Below, one piece after another: positions 1 to 8,388 of a DNA stretch of 64,000 nucleotides. This DNA is from a virus (Duplodnaviria; Caudoviricetes): positions 1-64,000 of the IMG/VR virus record IMGVR_UViG_3300032218_004357, one strand, 5' to 3'. Both the position numbers and the translations under genes were made by a program. Each line of letters starts with the position of its first letter. Position 1 is the first letter of the stretch. The notes under the pieces were generated by a model that saw only the letters and a list, made by a program, of their open reading frames with translations, had not been told where the DNA came from and ran no database searches.

Positions 1-285
1 CTCGCCGATACGAGCGAGGGCGACGCGTGCGCCACCGAGTTCGCAGTCGGTACCGAGTTTGTCGGTCCACTTTCCTGCGCGTCGCGTGCCGGGTGGGCAG
101 CGGAAGTGCGGAAGTTTGTCGCCATCGAAAAAGAACTCGACCGGCGCCACCTTCACCGACAGCCCGATCGCCGCCGTCTGGTTCCACGTCTTCATCTGCA
201 GCGTCGCAAAATCAATGTTGCCGCGCGATTGTCCAATCATCGGCTTTGCCGATGAGGCAGCAACATCAACGCTTGACATATCCAT
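1..285 (-). CDS. Partial head-module protein running off the left end (MDMSSVDV...FRCPPGTRRAGKWTDKLGTDC...)
   Basis: Translated by hand: ATG at 285, no stop to position 1; follows the stop of 296-628; shares a CPxG...C motif with the 625-2745 protein. Not in the ORF track because it lacks a stop. Confidence 0.7.
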   Translation of the reverse strand, partial: MDMSSVDVAASSAKPMIGQSRGNIDFATLQMKTWNQTAAIGLSVKVAPVEFFFDGDKLPHFRCPPGTRRAGKWTDKLGTDCELGGARVALARIGE

Positions 286-295
286 CACAGACCGA

Positions 296-628
296 TCACG
301 ACGTGCTGTAGAAATCGTATTGCTTTTTGCGAATGTTGCCCACCATAACATCTGCAGGGTTCGGTTCGTTAGCCGCCGCCAACTCGTCAAACTCCTGCTT
401 CAACGCCGGAGTCAACGTCTTTGGCCCGTCAACGACCAGATGCCCTCCGAGAGACGACGTCAACTGCTCGATCTTTCGACGGTCAGCCGCAGGCAGAGCA
501 TCCGCCCACTTCTCCCACTCCTTGCCCTGACGGCTCACACCGATCGTGTCGACACCATCGGCATGCTCAATCAGAACGGCGAACCGTTGCGTCGAATCGA
601 AATGGGTGACGATCGCGTACTTGTTCAC
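296..628 (-). CDS. Hypothetical protein, head operon (110 aa)
   Basis: Start overlaps the stop of the upstream gene; normal composition. Confidence 0.65.
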   Translation of the reverse strand: MNKYAIVTHFDSTQRFAVLIEHADGVDTIGVSRQGKEWEKWADALPAADRRKIEQLTSSLGGHLVVDGPKTLTPALKQEFDELAAANEPNPADVMVGNIRKKQYDFYSTS

Positions 629-2745
629 GACTGCTCCATCGCCCCAATGATCCGCAACAACGTCGTCTTGCTGTTTCGCAGTTGATCAACCTGTGACTTC
701 ACCAAGTCGCGCATGATCTCAAGGTGCCGCTTTTCAACGTCCGACAACCCACCGTCCAAACCGAGACGCGTGACGTAGTTGTCCCAATCGAACTCGCTCG
801 CATCCTTCAGTAGCGTGTCGTACATGATGGCGATCGACTTACGCACGTTCCGATCGGGCGTCTCGGTGAATGCCCGAACCCACCCGTTCTTCTGCGGGTT
901 GCTGAACACCTTCTCCGGATCACGGATCACCGCAGCGATGGCCTTCGCGTCCTTGGGGACCGTCCCCGACCCGGGCGACGGCACCACCGTGAGGGAGTGC
1001 CCATCCTGCACGATCGCCAACCCAGCCGGGTTCCGATCAGACACCCCGAACATGAAGTCCACCAACGACGTCCGCAGCAGGTCGGCCGTCGGCACGTCAG
1101 TCAAACCGCGATCGGCCGCCAACTTCCCGTCCTCGACCGCTGCCGTCGCCGCCTGCGAGACTACCGCCTGCGTGGACGTGCCGTCACCCGCAAGGCGCGT
1201 GAGCGGAGCGTCAATACCCATGCCGCGCTGAAAGTCCGCCAGCATCTTCTCGCTCAACGCTGCCGTACCCGACCGCTCGATGCGAACGTACTGCTCCCCG
1301 TTCTTGCGAGTGATCAACGTCCGCCCGCCACCAAGGTCGATGTTGTCGACCGTCGGCGACTTCTTGAGCGCCGCATCGAGGAACCGACCCGGAACGCGAT
1401 CGAGGGGCTCCCCGTCCTGCACGGCCTTGCGGGCTGCCGCCAGCGAGGTGACGGCATCGTTTGCCGCAGCATCGGGTGCCTGCGCGACCGTGGCGATCTC
1501 TTTCCACCCCTGCGCCGAGTCCATCCGACCGGGCGCCGCATCCGCGTAGTACGCGAGGTACACCCAGCGCGGCACCGTCCGCTTCTCGTCGTTACGCGCG
1601 ATCTGCACCAACTCGTTCGGCCGATCGATGTTGTTGAACACCTCGGAGTACTGCAACTTGCCCTTCGACGCCTCGACGAGACGCTGAATGGCCCCTGCGC
1701 CCTCCTCGGTGTTCGGCGCCCGGCGGATCGTGCCCCACGTGCGACCGATCTGCGACAACTCGCCCTTCGGGTTCCCAACGTAATCGAGCCGGAATTCGTG
1801 ACCACCCGGAGCGACCAGTCGCACCGACGAGACGCCCGCCCGGAACAACCCGACCTCGTTGAACCCCACCTGCTTCGGGCTGCCGATCTTGGCCACGATC
1901 GTGCCGCCAGCCATGTCGACGTTCCGCACCTGCGATGCCAGTCGTTCCACGTTGACGCGCGCATCAAGGGCAACGCCGTCACGCCGGATCAGGCGCACGA
2001 AATCGCCACGAGCCGCTCCAGCCGCCGTGATCGCCGACGTGACGGCGGCCTCCACCTTGCGCGGGCTGGCCGCACCCACGTGAGGGACGTTCGCCATGCG
2101 CGTCAACGTCGCGCTGATCTTCGGGCCCTGAGCGCTCCCGATGCGTCCGGCTTCGATGAGTTGCGCAGTTCGACCAGCCGTCCGCTTCGGCACAACGCCG
2201 ATCGTGCGCGTCACCCTCACGGCTTGCTGCACTGCCCGACTGCCCGGCGCCTCAGCCCCCGGCACATCGAACAACTGCTGACCGCAGTTGTTGAGGAGCC
2301 GATTCGAGAAGCGACCACCGTACTGGTACCCGGTCGGGCATCGCATGATCTGCTCGGCCCCACGACCGATCGCCGAACCGAGTCCGCCTCCGCCGCCGAT
2401 CCGCATCGCACCGCCACCGCCACCGGGCGTCGCCGCCCGGTACACGGTCGATCGGCCCGGGCTCCGCACGCGCGCCAAGTCGCCGGGCGTCGTGTACGAC
2501 ACGCCACTCTCGACGATTCGCACCAACGGGTCGTTCGACGACACCAACCCGCTCTTGATGTGGTCGGATCGCCACTCCTCGACGATCGCGCAGAGTACGA
2601 ACGTCTTCGCCGTGATCTCATCCGGATCCCCGTCGTACGGGCGCGTGAGGATCTCCGTCAACGACGAAGTCGGCGCAACGAAGTACGTCCTCACTGGCTC
2701 GTCAGTTGTAGCGTTGTCGTCGGGGACTCCGAGCGAAGACGCCAT
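625..2745 (-). CDS. Large head-module protein (706 aa) with a possible degenerate HipA/PI3K-like kinase domain at the C-terminus
   Basis: Co-oriented in the head operon; SEKMLADFQRGMGIDAP and LVDFMFGVSDRNP resemble HipA/PI3-4K motifs, but the downstream N and DxG residues are not evident. Confidence 0.6.
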   Translation of the reverse strand: MASSLGVPDDNATTDEPVRTYFVAPTSSLTEILTRPYDGDPDEITAKTFVLCAIVEEWRSDHIKSGLVSSNDPLVRIVESGVSYTTPGDLARVRSPGRSTVYRAATPGGGGGAMRIGGGGGLGSAIGRGAEQIMRCPTGYQYGGRFSNRLLNNCGQQLFDVPGAEAPGSRAVQQAVRVTRTIGVVPKRTAGRTAQLIEAGRIGSAQGPKISATLTRMANVPHVGAASPRKVEAAVTSAITAAGAARGDFVRLIRRDGVALDARVNVERLASQVRNVDMAGGTIVAKIGSPKQVGFNEVGLFRAGVSSVRLVAPGGHEFRLDYVGNPKGELSQIGRTWGTIRRAPNTEEGAGAIQRLVEASKGKLQYSEVFNNIDRPNELVQIARNDEKRTVPRWVYLAYYADAAPGRMDSAQGWKEIATVAQAPDAAANDAVTSLAAARKAVQDGEPLDRVPGRFLDAALKKSPTVDNIDLGGGRTLITRKNGEQYVRIERSGTAALSEKMLADFQRGMGIDAPLTRLAGDGTSTQAVVSQAATAAVEDGKLAADRGLTDVPTADLLRTSLVDFMFGVSDRNPAGLAIVQDGHSLTVVPSPGSGTVPKDAKAIAAVIRDPEKVFSNPQKNGWVRAFTETPDRNVRKSIAIMYDTLLKDASEFDWDNYVTRLGLDGGLSDVEKRHLEIMRDLVKSQVDQLRNSKTTLLRIIGAMEQS

Positions 2746-2763
2746 CGAGTGCTCCCCGGGGTG

Positions 2764-3957
2764 CTACTGCTCGTCGGTGACGGTGGTGTCCTGCTCGGCC
2801 TCGAGGAGTTGGAACTCCATGAGCGCCGCCTCGAACGCCGAGTCCTCGGCCGACTTCGCGTGGACGCCCTCGAGCGCCTCCATCTCGTCGGCGGAGATCT
2901 CGTACATGTCGTGACCGAGCACGGTGCCGCTCGACGGGTCGACGTACACGTCGTACGAGTTACCGTCGATGCCCTTGACCTCGATCGAGTACACGTCGTA
3001 CCCCTCATAGGAGGCCGCACCGACGGCGAGCGCCTTGCCCTCGACGATGCTGGTCGCGGCGTCGGTCGCCTCCTCGGCAGTGATGACCGGACCGTCTGCG
3101 ATCATGTCCTCGTCGACGCGTACGAGCCCTTGGAACTGGCCGTCGCCGCTGTAGTGAACCTCGAAGAGGCCGTCCTTGCGCTCGCAGGTGACGAGGAACC
3201 GGTCGGCGACCTCGCTGTACCCGGAGTCGACGACGGTGCCCCAGACCTTGGCGGTCACGGCCTCCATCGCTGCGAGGTCGAGGAGGCCCTTCGAGCCGAT
3301 GCAGCCGCCCGTGCAGTCGGCGCACGGACCGGTCTCACCGGAGAACACCTCTTGCTCGACCATGCAGACGAACGCGCCGCCGTCGATGTCGGCCGATTTC
3401 GTGCCGATCTCCTCGAGGTACACGCGTCGCACGGCGTCGATCTCGTGCTCGTCGACGATGTCGAGACGGCCGATCTCGCCAGCGACGAGCCCGTCCTCGA
3501 ACTCGAAGACCTCGTCAGCGTCGTCGCCCTTCGTCTGCACGGCCATCGCTCCGCACTTCACGCAGACCTTGCCGCCCGGCTTGTAGCCGCAGTCGCCGGT
3601 CGCTAGGCCCTTGGCGCACTTCGTGACCTCACCGTCGCCGGAGATCTTCACGATCCCCTTGGCGCCCATCGGCTCCTTGTCGGCGGCGGGCTGGGCGGCC
3701 TCGTTGTCGTCGACGTTCTTCGTACCCCACGTCTGCGGGATCATGTCCTCGGCGTCGAGTTCGGTCGCCCGCTTGATGATGTGATCCTTGGCGGCCTCGG
3801 GATCCTTGGCGCGCCCAAACGCCGCGATGGCGTTCTTGAGGTCGTCGACGTTTTTGATCGGGAACGACCCGTCGGGGAGAGCGTCGCCGCTGTCCGCCAA
3901 CTTGCGTCGGTCACTGGCCGAGTACATGCGCTTGGCTTCGATGTTGTCCGGGCCCAT
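2764..3957 (-). CDS. Acidic head-module protein (397 aa) with a C-terminal PepSY-like domain
   Basis: ITAEEATDAA...VYSIEVKGIDGNSYDVYVDPSSGTVL matches the PepSY pattern; several CxxC pairs; SD-like GAGAGG upstream. Confidence 0.7.
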   Translation of the reverse strand: MGPDNIEAKRMYSASDRRKLADSGDALPDGSFPIKNVDDLKNAIAAFGRAKDPEAAKDHIIKRATELDAEDMIPQTWGTKNVDDNEAAQPAADKEPMGAKGIVKISGDGEVTKCAKGLATGDCGYKPGGKVCVKCGAMAVQTKGDDADEVFEFEDGLVAGEIGRLDIVDEHEIDAVRRVYLEEIGTKSADIDGGAFVCMVEQEVFSGETGPCADCTGGCIGSKGLLDLAAMEAVTAKVWGTVVDSGYSEVADRFLVTCERKDGLFEVHYSGDGQFQGLVRVDEDMIADGPVITAEEATDAATSIVEGKALAVGAASYEGYDVYSIEVKGIDGNSYDVYVDPSSGTVLGHDMYEISADEMEALEGVHAKSAEDSAFEAALMEFQLLEAEQDTTVTDEQ

Positions 3958-3987
3958 GACTACCTCTCTGATGGTGGGCGATCGAAT

Positions 3988-4016
3988 AACGATAACACTT
4001 GATTAGTGTTTTCGTT
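3988..4016. repeat. Intergenic inverted repeat AACGATAACACT-TGATT-AGTGTTTTCGTT (operator or hairpin)
   Basis: 12-bp arms with 1 mismatch, in an AT-rich gap between two minus-strand genes. Confidence 0.7.
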
Positions 4017-4029
4017 GATTGTTCTGGTG

Positions 4030-5253
4030 TTAGAGCATTTCGTCGTCGTACAAGGCGAGGACGTTGTCGAGGGCGATCCACGCGTCGGGATCGGCGTACC
4101 CAAGCCCCTTTACGAGGATGCCTTCCTCGTCGATTTCGCTGTCGAGGCCGTGGTACTCGAGGACCGGATCGACGAGGCTCTTGATCTCGAACAACTCGTC
4201 GACCGTCGCCGGAATGAAGAGCGAGTCCTCATCCCAGAGGTCGTCCTCGTCGTAGTACGCCTTCTGCTGCAACTCGGCGTTGCCGGTCTCGTCGAGGAGC
4301 GCCGTCAAGGCTTCGATCGCATCCTTGATCCGCTTGATCGATCGAGCGGACAGCGGCTTGCCGACCTTCACCTCGATGTCGAGGTCGTCGAGCAGATCCT
4401 TCATGCCGCTGCACGTGCCCCCGCAACCACATCCGCAGTCGCCGCCCATCGAGGCATCGCCGCCGCACGCACCGCCACACCCGCAGCCTCCCTCACCGGG
4501 CGGAGCCCACTCCGGAATCGGGTGCGCCGCGTACTGGCCCGCCTCGTCGAACCCGACGTGCTCCCAGTTCTTGTGGTCCTGAATGTGGTTGATCCAGTTC
4601 GGCTCCTCGGCCATGAACCCCTTGAGCGCCCAGACGCACGACTTCTGCAACTCGTCGTCGTCCATCTGCTCGGCGGCCCACTCCTCAGGGTGCATGCCGT
4701 CCACGTGGTCCTCGGCGGGAAGATCCTCCATCCCCGCTGGACCGTGCGACGTGTGCCCCTCCGGGTCGACCTCCATCAGGCCCTTCTTGCCGGGGAGGCC
4801 GGGCAACTTGCCGCCGGGCGCACGCATGTCGATCCTGCCAGTTCGCACCGACTCGAGACGCTTCGCCCATTCAGAGTCAGTCCAGATCGAACCGTTGACG
4901 ATCCCCTTCAACTTCTTCCGGCAGTTCTTCATGCCCGGGTGGTGGCAGCCCTCGTTCGGCCACAGACCCGTCGTCTCGTGGTGCAACCACGCGCAGAGCG
5001 GCTCGAGCGGGTACAACTCCGGGTGATCGGCGAGGATGACACGGCACCGACGGAACCCGCCCTCGCGCCGCATGATCGGACGCCAGTAGCGGAGCAACTT
5101 CTCGAGGTTGCCACGTCGCGGTCCGTACCCGTGGAGGATGTCGCCCGTAACGCGTTCCTGCGGGAGGACGTCGGGGACCTCGTTCGACGGGTTGAGCGGG
5201 ATCTCGGTCGGCGAAAGTGACGCCTTGATGTCCAGATCGTCAAACTCGGTCAT
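4030..5253 (-). CDS. Head-module protein (407 aa) with Cys/His motif and Cys-Gly-rich segment
   Basis: GGFRRC...LCAWLHHETTGLWPNEGCHH and GCGCGGACGG...DCGCGCGGTC; start overlaps the protease stop. Confidence 0.75.
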   Translation of the reverse strand: MTEFDDLDIKASLSPTEIPLNPSNEVPDVLPQERVTGDILHGYGPRRGNLEKLLRYWRPIMRREGGFRRCRVILADHPELYPLEPLCAWLHHETTGLWPNEGCHHPGMKNCRKKLKGIVNGSIWTDSEWAKRLESVRTGRIDMRAPGGKLPGLPGKKGLMEVDPEGHTSHGPAGMEDLPAEDHVDGMHPEEWAAEQMDDDELQKSCVWALKGFMAEEPNWINHIQDHKNWEHVGFDEAGQYAAHPIPEWAPPGEGGCGCGGACGGDASMGGDCGCGCGGTCSGMKDLLDDLDIEVKVGKPLSARSIKRIKDAIEALTALLDETGNAELQQKAYYDEDDLWDEDSLFIPATVDELFEIKSLVDPVLEYHGLDSEIDEEGILVKGLGYADPDAWIALDNVLALYDDEML

Positions 5254-8200
5254 TGTTCGTCCTTGCTTTCGAGTTCGGCGACCTCGTCGAAGGTCAACGC
5301 CGGATCGTCGTACGACTTGTGCGGCGTGCGTACGTTGCTGCTGCCACTTCGCACCATTTGGCCCCTACGGGCGACGGGAGCATCCGCCGCACCGGGAGCC
5401 CAGCGAGTGTTCTCGCCTTCCGCTGCACGCGTCGCCGGAGAGAACTGGCTCCCGGGCTTCACACTCACCGCTCCACGATGGTTGCGCGGCCCGACCGGGC
5501 CCATCGCGCCGCGTCGACCCGCAGCGGGTCGAAGACCGCGCCCGTCGCTGGTGGGCTCCCACCCGCGAATCTGCTCGCGCGCAACCGCACGATCGAGACG
5601 CTCATTCCGCTGGTTCGCTTGCGTGCTCTTCGGACCAGAGTCGGTATCGCGCGAGGCCAGATAGTCACGACGCGCCTGCAACCGTTGGTTGTGTTTGTCG
5701 GCGCGTCGCTGCCACGACGTGTTCTGGTTATCGGCGCCACTCTTCTTGGGGGCGGGCATCTCGTACTTCGTACCATCGAAGATGCGACCGTTGTTGTTAC
5801 CGTCGCGCATCTGAGTCACGTCGCGACCGGCCGGACCGGCACCTCCGCCCGTCGTACCGGACTCGCGCGAGTTGACGGTACCCATCTGATTACCGATGGT
5901 CTTCTCGTCGATCTCGTCCCAATCGATCGCGTTCCACGCATCGAGTAGTTCGTCGAACGATTTCACGCGTCCGTTGCGGTCGTACACGATCGTCGTGCCG
6001 TTTCGATCGCGACGCGACTGGAGCGGTCCTCGGCCCGAACGCGGGCCAGCCGGACCGGCTGCGCGTCGAGCCACTTGCTGCTCGCGCACTCGCTGGTTCT
6101 GCTCTGCGGCACCGAGGTAGCGGCCGACTTGCCGCATCTCTTCGCCCGCTCGCCGCTCGCCGCTCGGCGTCGACCCACGTTGGTTGATCTCGGCGCGTCG
6201 AGCGTTGAGTCGGTTGACCGCACGCTGTTGACGCTGCTGCGAGCGCATGCGAGCAACGGTCGGGCTGGGCTCCGGTCCACGCGGTCCGGCGGGCGTACCG
6301 TTACGAGCACGGTCGTTCATCTCTGCTGCGCGCAGGTATCGGCCGATGTCTTGCATTTCGCGTCCGGCGGCACGCTCTCCTTGTGGTGAGGATCCGCGCT
6401 GGTTGATTTGGCGACGGCGTTCCTGCAACTGACGGATGGCGGCATCCGCTTCTGGGCTGCGACCGCCCGGCCCGCGCGGGCCCGACGGTCCTTCTCCGTC
6501 GCGTCCACGTCCGGGAATCATCGCGCCATTGTCGTAGGGGATGCCGTTGCGACGCTTCGGACCCTGCGGGCCAGCCGGACCCGCCGGACCCTGCCCCCGA
6601 CGGAACACCTGCGCACCACGCTTGCCGTTGCCGTCCACACGGTACGTCGCGCCACCATCGGTGACGTAGCGGCGCATCTGCTGGTTCGGCTTCTTCTCGT
6701 CCTGCGCACGCTGCCGCTTTGGCGCGGGCATCTCGTACTTCGTGCCGTCGAAGATGCGACCGTTGTTGTTACCGTCACGAATCTTCGTGACGTCGCGACC
6801 CGCCGGACCACCGGACCCGCTGCCCGCCGGACCTGCCGGACCCTGCGGGCCCGCCGGACTCGGCTTGCGCGAGTCGACGGTACCCATCTGGTTGCCGATG
6901 GTCTTCTCTTCGACCCACGCGATCTCGTCGTACGTTGCAGCCGGATCGAGGAGCACTTTCATGGCCGTGTCGATCGATGACGCCCAGTAGCCGTCGTCTT
7001 CGTCGTCGTCCATCTTGTCGTCGTCGAACCGCACGACGGTCTCCACGTCGACTTCCATCGGGTCGCCGAACATGTAACGCGTCCCATCGAAGTGGTACGG
7101 CACGAACATCGTGTCGATGCCGTCAGCGTCCCCATCGTCGGAACGCTTGTCGAACACGGCGAAGTTGTCGGTCGCAAGGCGCAGCGTGATCGGCCCCCCG
7201 ACAAGATCGACGAGGGCGCTCGGCAGTCCGGCGCGCTCGTCGTCGTACACCGACGAGTTGTCGTGACCGCTCCCGTGCGCGGCGCTGAACGCCTCGAGGG
7301 GCAGGTAGTGATGGTTCTGGCCGTCGGCGATACGCACCATGTCCGCGTTGTCGAGGCTCATCAGCACTCGACGGCGCAGCGGCCCGTAGGACATGTTGTG
7401 GTCCTCGCGGCTCATGTCCGGACCCCAGCACTTCGTTTTGGCGCTCGTCACCGCGTCGTTGACGACCTTCTTCATGTGGCCTTCGCCGCGCGTACCGATC
7501 GCCAGCCACTTGATTTGAGCGACGACGCCCGGCAACAAGAAGTCGCCCTTGTGGCGAGCAATCCACGCCTCGCGCAGTTCGAGGGCCTTGATCTGGTCCT
7601 CGGTGCGGGCCTTGCCGCCCTGCGCTGCGATCTTCGTGAGGATCTCGTACTGATCGTCGCCTTTGATATTGCCGCCCTTGTCCCAAATGTCGGGATGCTG
7701 GGACTTGATGCGCTCGGCGAAAGCCCGGTCGAACATCGGCCACTCGGACTTGTCGAACGAGTCGATTCGATCGCCACCTTCGGCGGCCTTGATCGAGATA
7801 GTGCCGGTCAACTGGTTGGCGCCGTGGAGGACGGGCGACACTTCGAAGAGTTCGACCTCCTGCAGGACGTTCGCTTGCCGGTCTGGGTCGTAGGTCGCCT
7901 TGATCGTCTTGTAGCCAATCGACCACTCTTGATCCTCGCCGAAAAACGCAACGGAGTGGAATGCCTCGCGACCGCGCTCGCTCTTGAGGTTGAACTGGAC
8001 CCGGGCGAGCAGTCCTCCGACGCCTGCGGCCTTCATCTTGGCGGGGAGTCGGGGGTCGTTGGTCGACACCTCGTCGATGGCGAGGACTTTGCCGATGGGT
8101 TGGTTCCAGTCGTGGCCCCAGACGACGCGTGGCTTGCGGCGTCGGAGGCTGCCGTCGAACGCACCGGGGGCAACGATGTCGCCGACGGAGTCCTTGTTGC

Positions 8201-8318
8201 CGACAGCGGCGACGAAGCACTCGACGATGCCCTGCGCTTCGTCGACGTTCAGTTGCCCGGAGATGGCTTTGAAGTCGAGGTCTCCGGATCCAAGAACGTC
8301 GTCGTAGAATTCTGTCAT
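5250..8318 (-). CDS. HK97-type prohead (capsid maturation) protease with a long low-complexity C-terminal extension (1022 aa)
   Basis: N-terminal GNKDSVGDIV, VWGHDWNQPIGK, WSIGY and LFEVSPVLHGAN are typical of the caudoviral prohead protease; gene lies directly after the portal. Confidence 0.85.
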   Translation of the reverse strand: MTEFYDDVLGSGDLDFKAISGQLNVDEAQGIVECFVAAVGNKDSVGDIVAPGAFDGSLRRRKPRVVWGHDWNQPIGKVLAIDEVSTNDPRLPAKMKAAGVGGLLARVQFNLKSERGREAFHSVAFFGEDQEWSIGYKTIKATYDPDRQANVLQEVELFEVSPVLHGANQLTGTISIKAAEGGDRIDSFDKSEWPMFDRAFAERIKSQHPDIWDKGGNIKGDDQYEILTKIAAQGGKARTEDQIKALELREAWIARHKGDFLLPGVVAQIKWLAIGTRGEGHMKKVVNDAVTSAKTKCWGPDMSREDHNMSYGPLRRRVLMSLDNADMVRIADGQNHHYLPLEAFSAAHGSGHDNSSVYDDERAGLPSALVDLVGGPITLRLATDNFAVFDKRSDDGDADGIDTMFVPYHFDGTRYMFGDPMEVDVETVVRFDDDKMDDDEDDGYWASSIDTAMKVLLDPAATYDEIAWVEEKTIGNQMGTVDSRKPSPAGPQGPAGPAGSGSGGPAGRDVTKIRDGNNNGRIFDGTKYEMPAPKRQRAQDEKKPNQQMRRYVTDGGATYRVDGNGKRGAQVFRRGQGPAGPAGPQGPKRRNGIPYDNGAMIPGRGRDGEGPSGPRGPGGRSPEADAAIRQLQERRRQINQRGSSPQGERAAGREMQDIGRYLRAAEMNDRARNGTPAGPRGPEPSPTVARMRSQQRQQRAVNRLNARRAEINQRGSTPSGERRAGEEMRQVGRYLGAAEQNQRVREQQVARRAAGPAGPRSGRGPLQSRRDRNGTTIVYDRNGRVKSFDELLDAWNAIDWDEIDEKTIGNQMGTVNSRESGTTGGGAGPAGRDVTQMRDGNNNGRIFDGTKYEMPAPKKSGADNQNTSWQRRADKHNQRLQARRDYLASRDTDSGPKSTQANQRNERLDRAVAREQIRGWEPTSDGRGLRPAAGRRGAMGPVGPRNHRGAVSVKPGSQFSPATRAAEGENTRWAPGAADAPVARRGQMVRSGSSNVRTPHKSYDDPALTFDEVAELESKDEQ
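5745..5906 (-). repeat. Copy 2 of an intragenic duplication (EKTIGNQMGTV...RDGNNNGRIFDGTKYEMPAPK)
   Basis: Near-identical peptide and DNA to 6718-6908. Confidence 0.9.
6718..6908 (-). repeat. Copy 1 of an intragenic duplication (EKTIGNQMGTV...RDGNNNGRIFDGTKYEMPAPK)
   Basis: Near-identical peptide and DNA to 5745-5906. Confidence 0.9.
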
Positions 8319-8324
8319 ACCGTG

Positions 8325-8330
8325 AAGTTA
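8325..8330 (-). promoter_or_regulatory. Putative -10 element TAACTT, 6 nt before the protease ATG (leaderless-type)
   Basis: TAnnnT hexamer in an AT-rich gap; no SD before the ATG. Confidence 0.4.
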
Positions 8331-8357
8331 CAGTATTTTTCGATGGATCAGGGGAAG

Positions 8358-8388
8358 GTTTACAACAAGTAAGTTGCTTGTTGTAAAC
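8358..8388. repeat. 31-bp near-perfect palindrome GTTTACAACAAGTAA-G-TTGCTTGTTGTAAAC between portal and protease
   Basis: 15-bp arms with 1 mismatch, read directly. Confidence 0.85.

Noticed and set aside
997-3606. 869-aa plus-strand ORF and similar long antisense ORFs (7092-8372, 8610-10298, 24342-25964, 31620-33308, 40993-42585, 53459-54916)
   Set aside because: Shadow frames of GC-rich genes on the opposite strand; R/P/H-rich, with no motifs.
6570-6860. Collagen-like GPAGPQGPAG runs in the protease tail
   Set aside because: Only 3-4 consecutive Gly-X-Y triplets, too short for a triple helix; treated as spacers.
1-8318. One of the large head-operon proteins being the major capsid protein
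   Set aside because: None shows recognisable HK97-fold capsid motifs; the capsid gene is probably outside the window.
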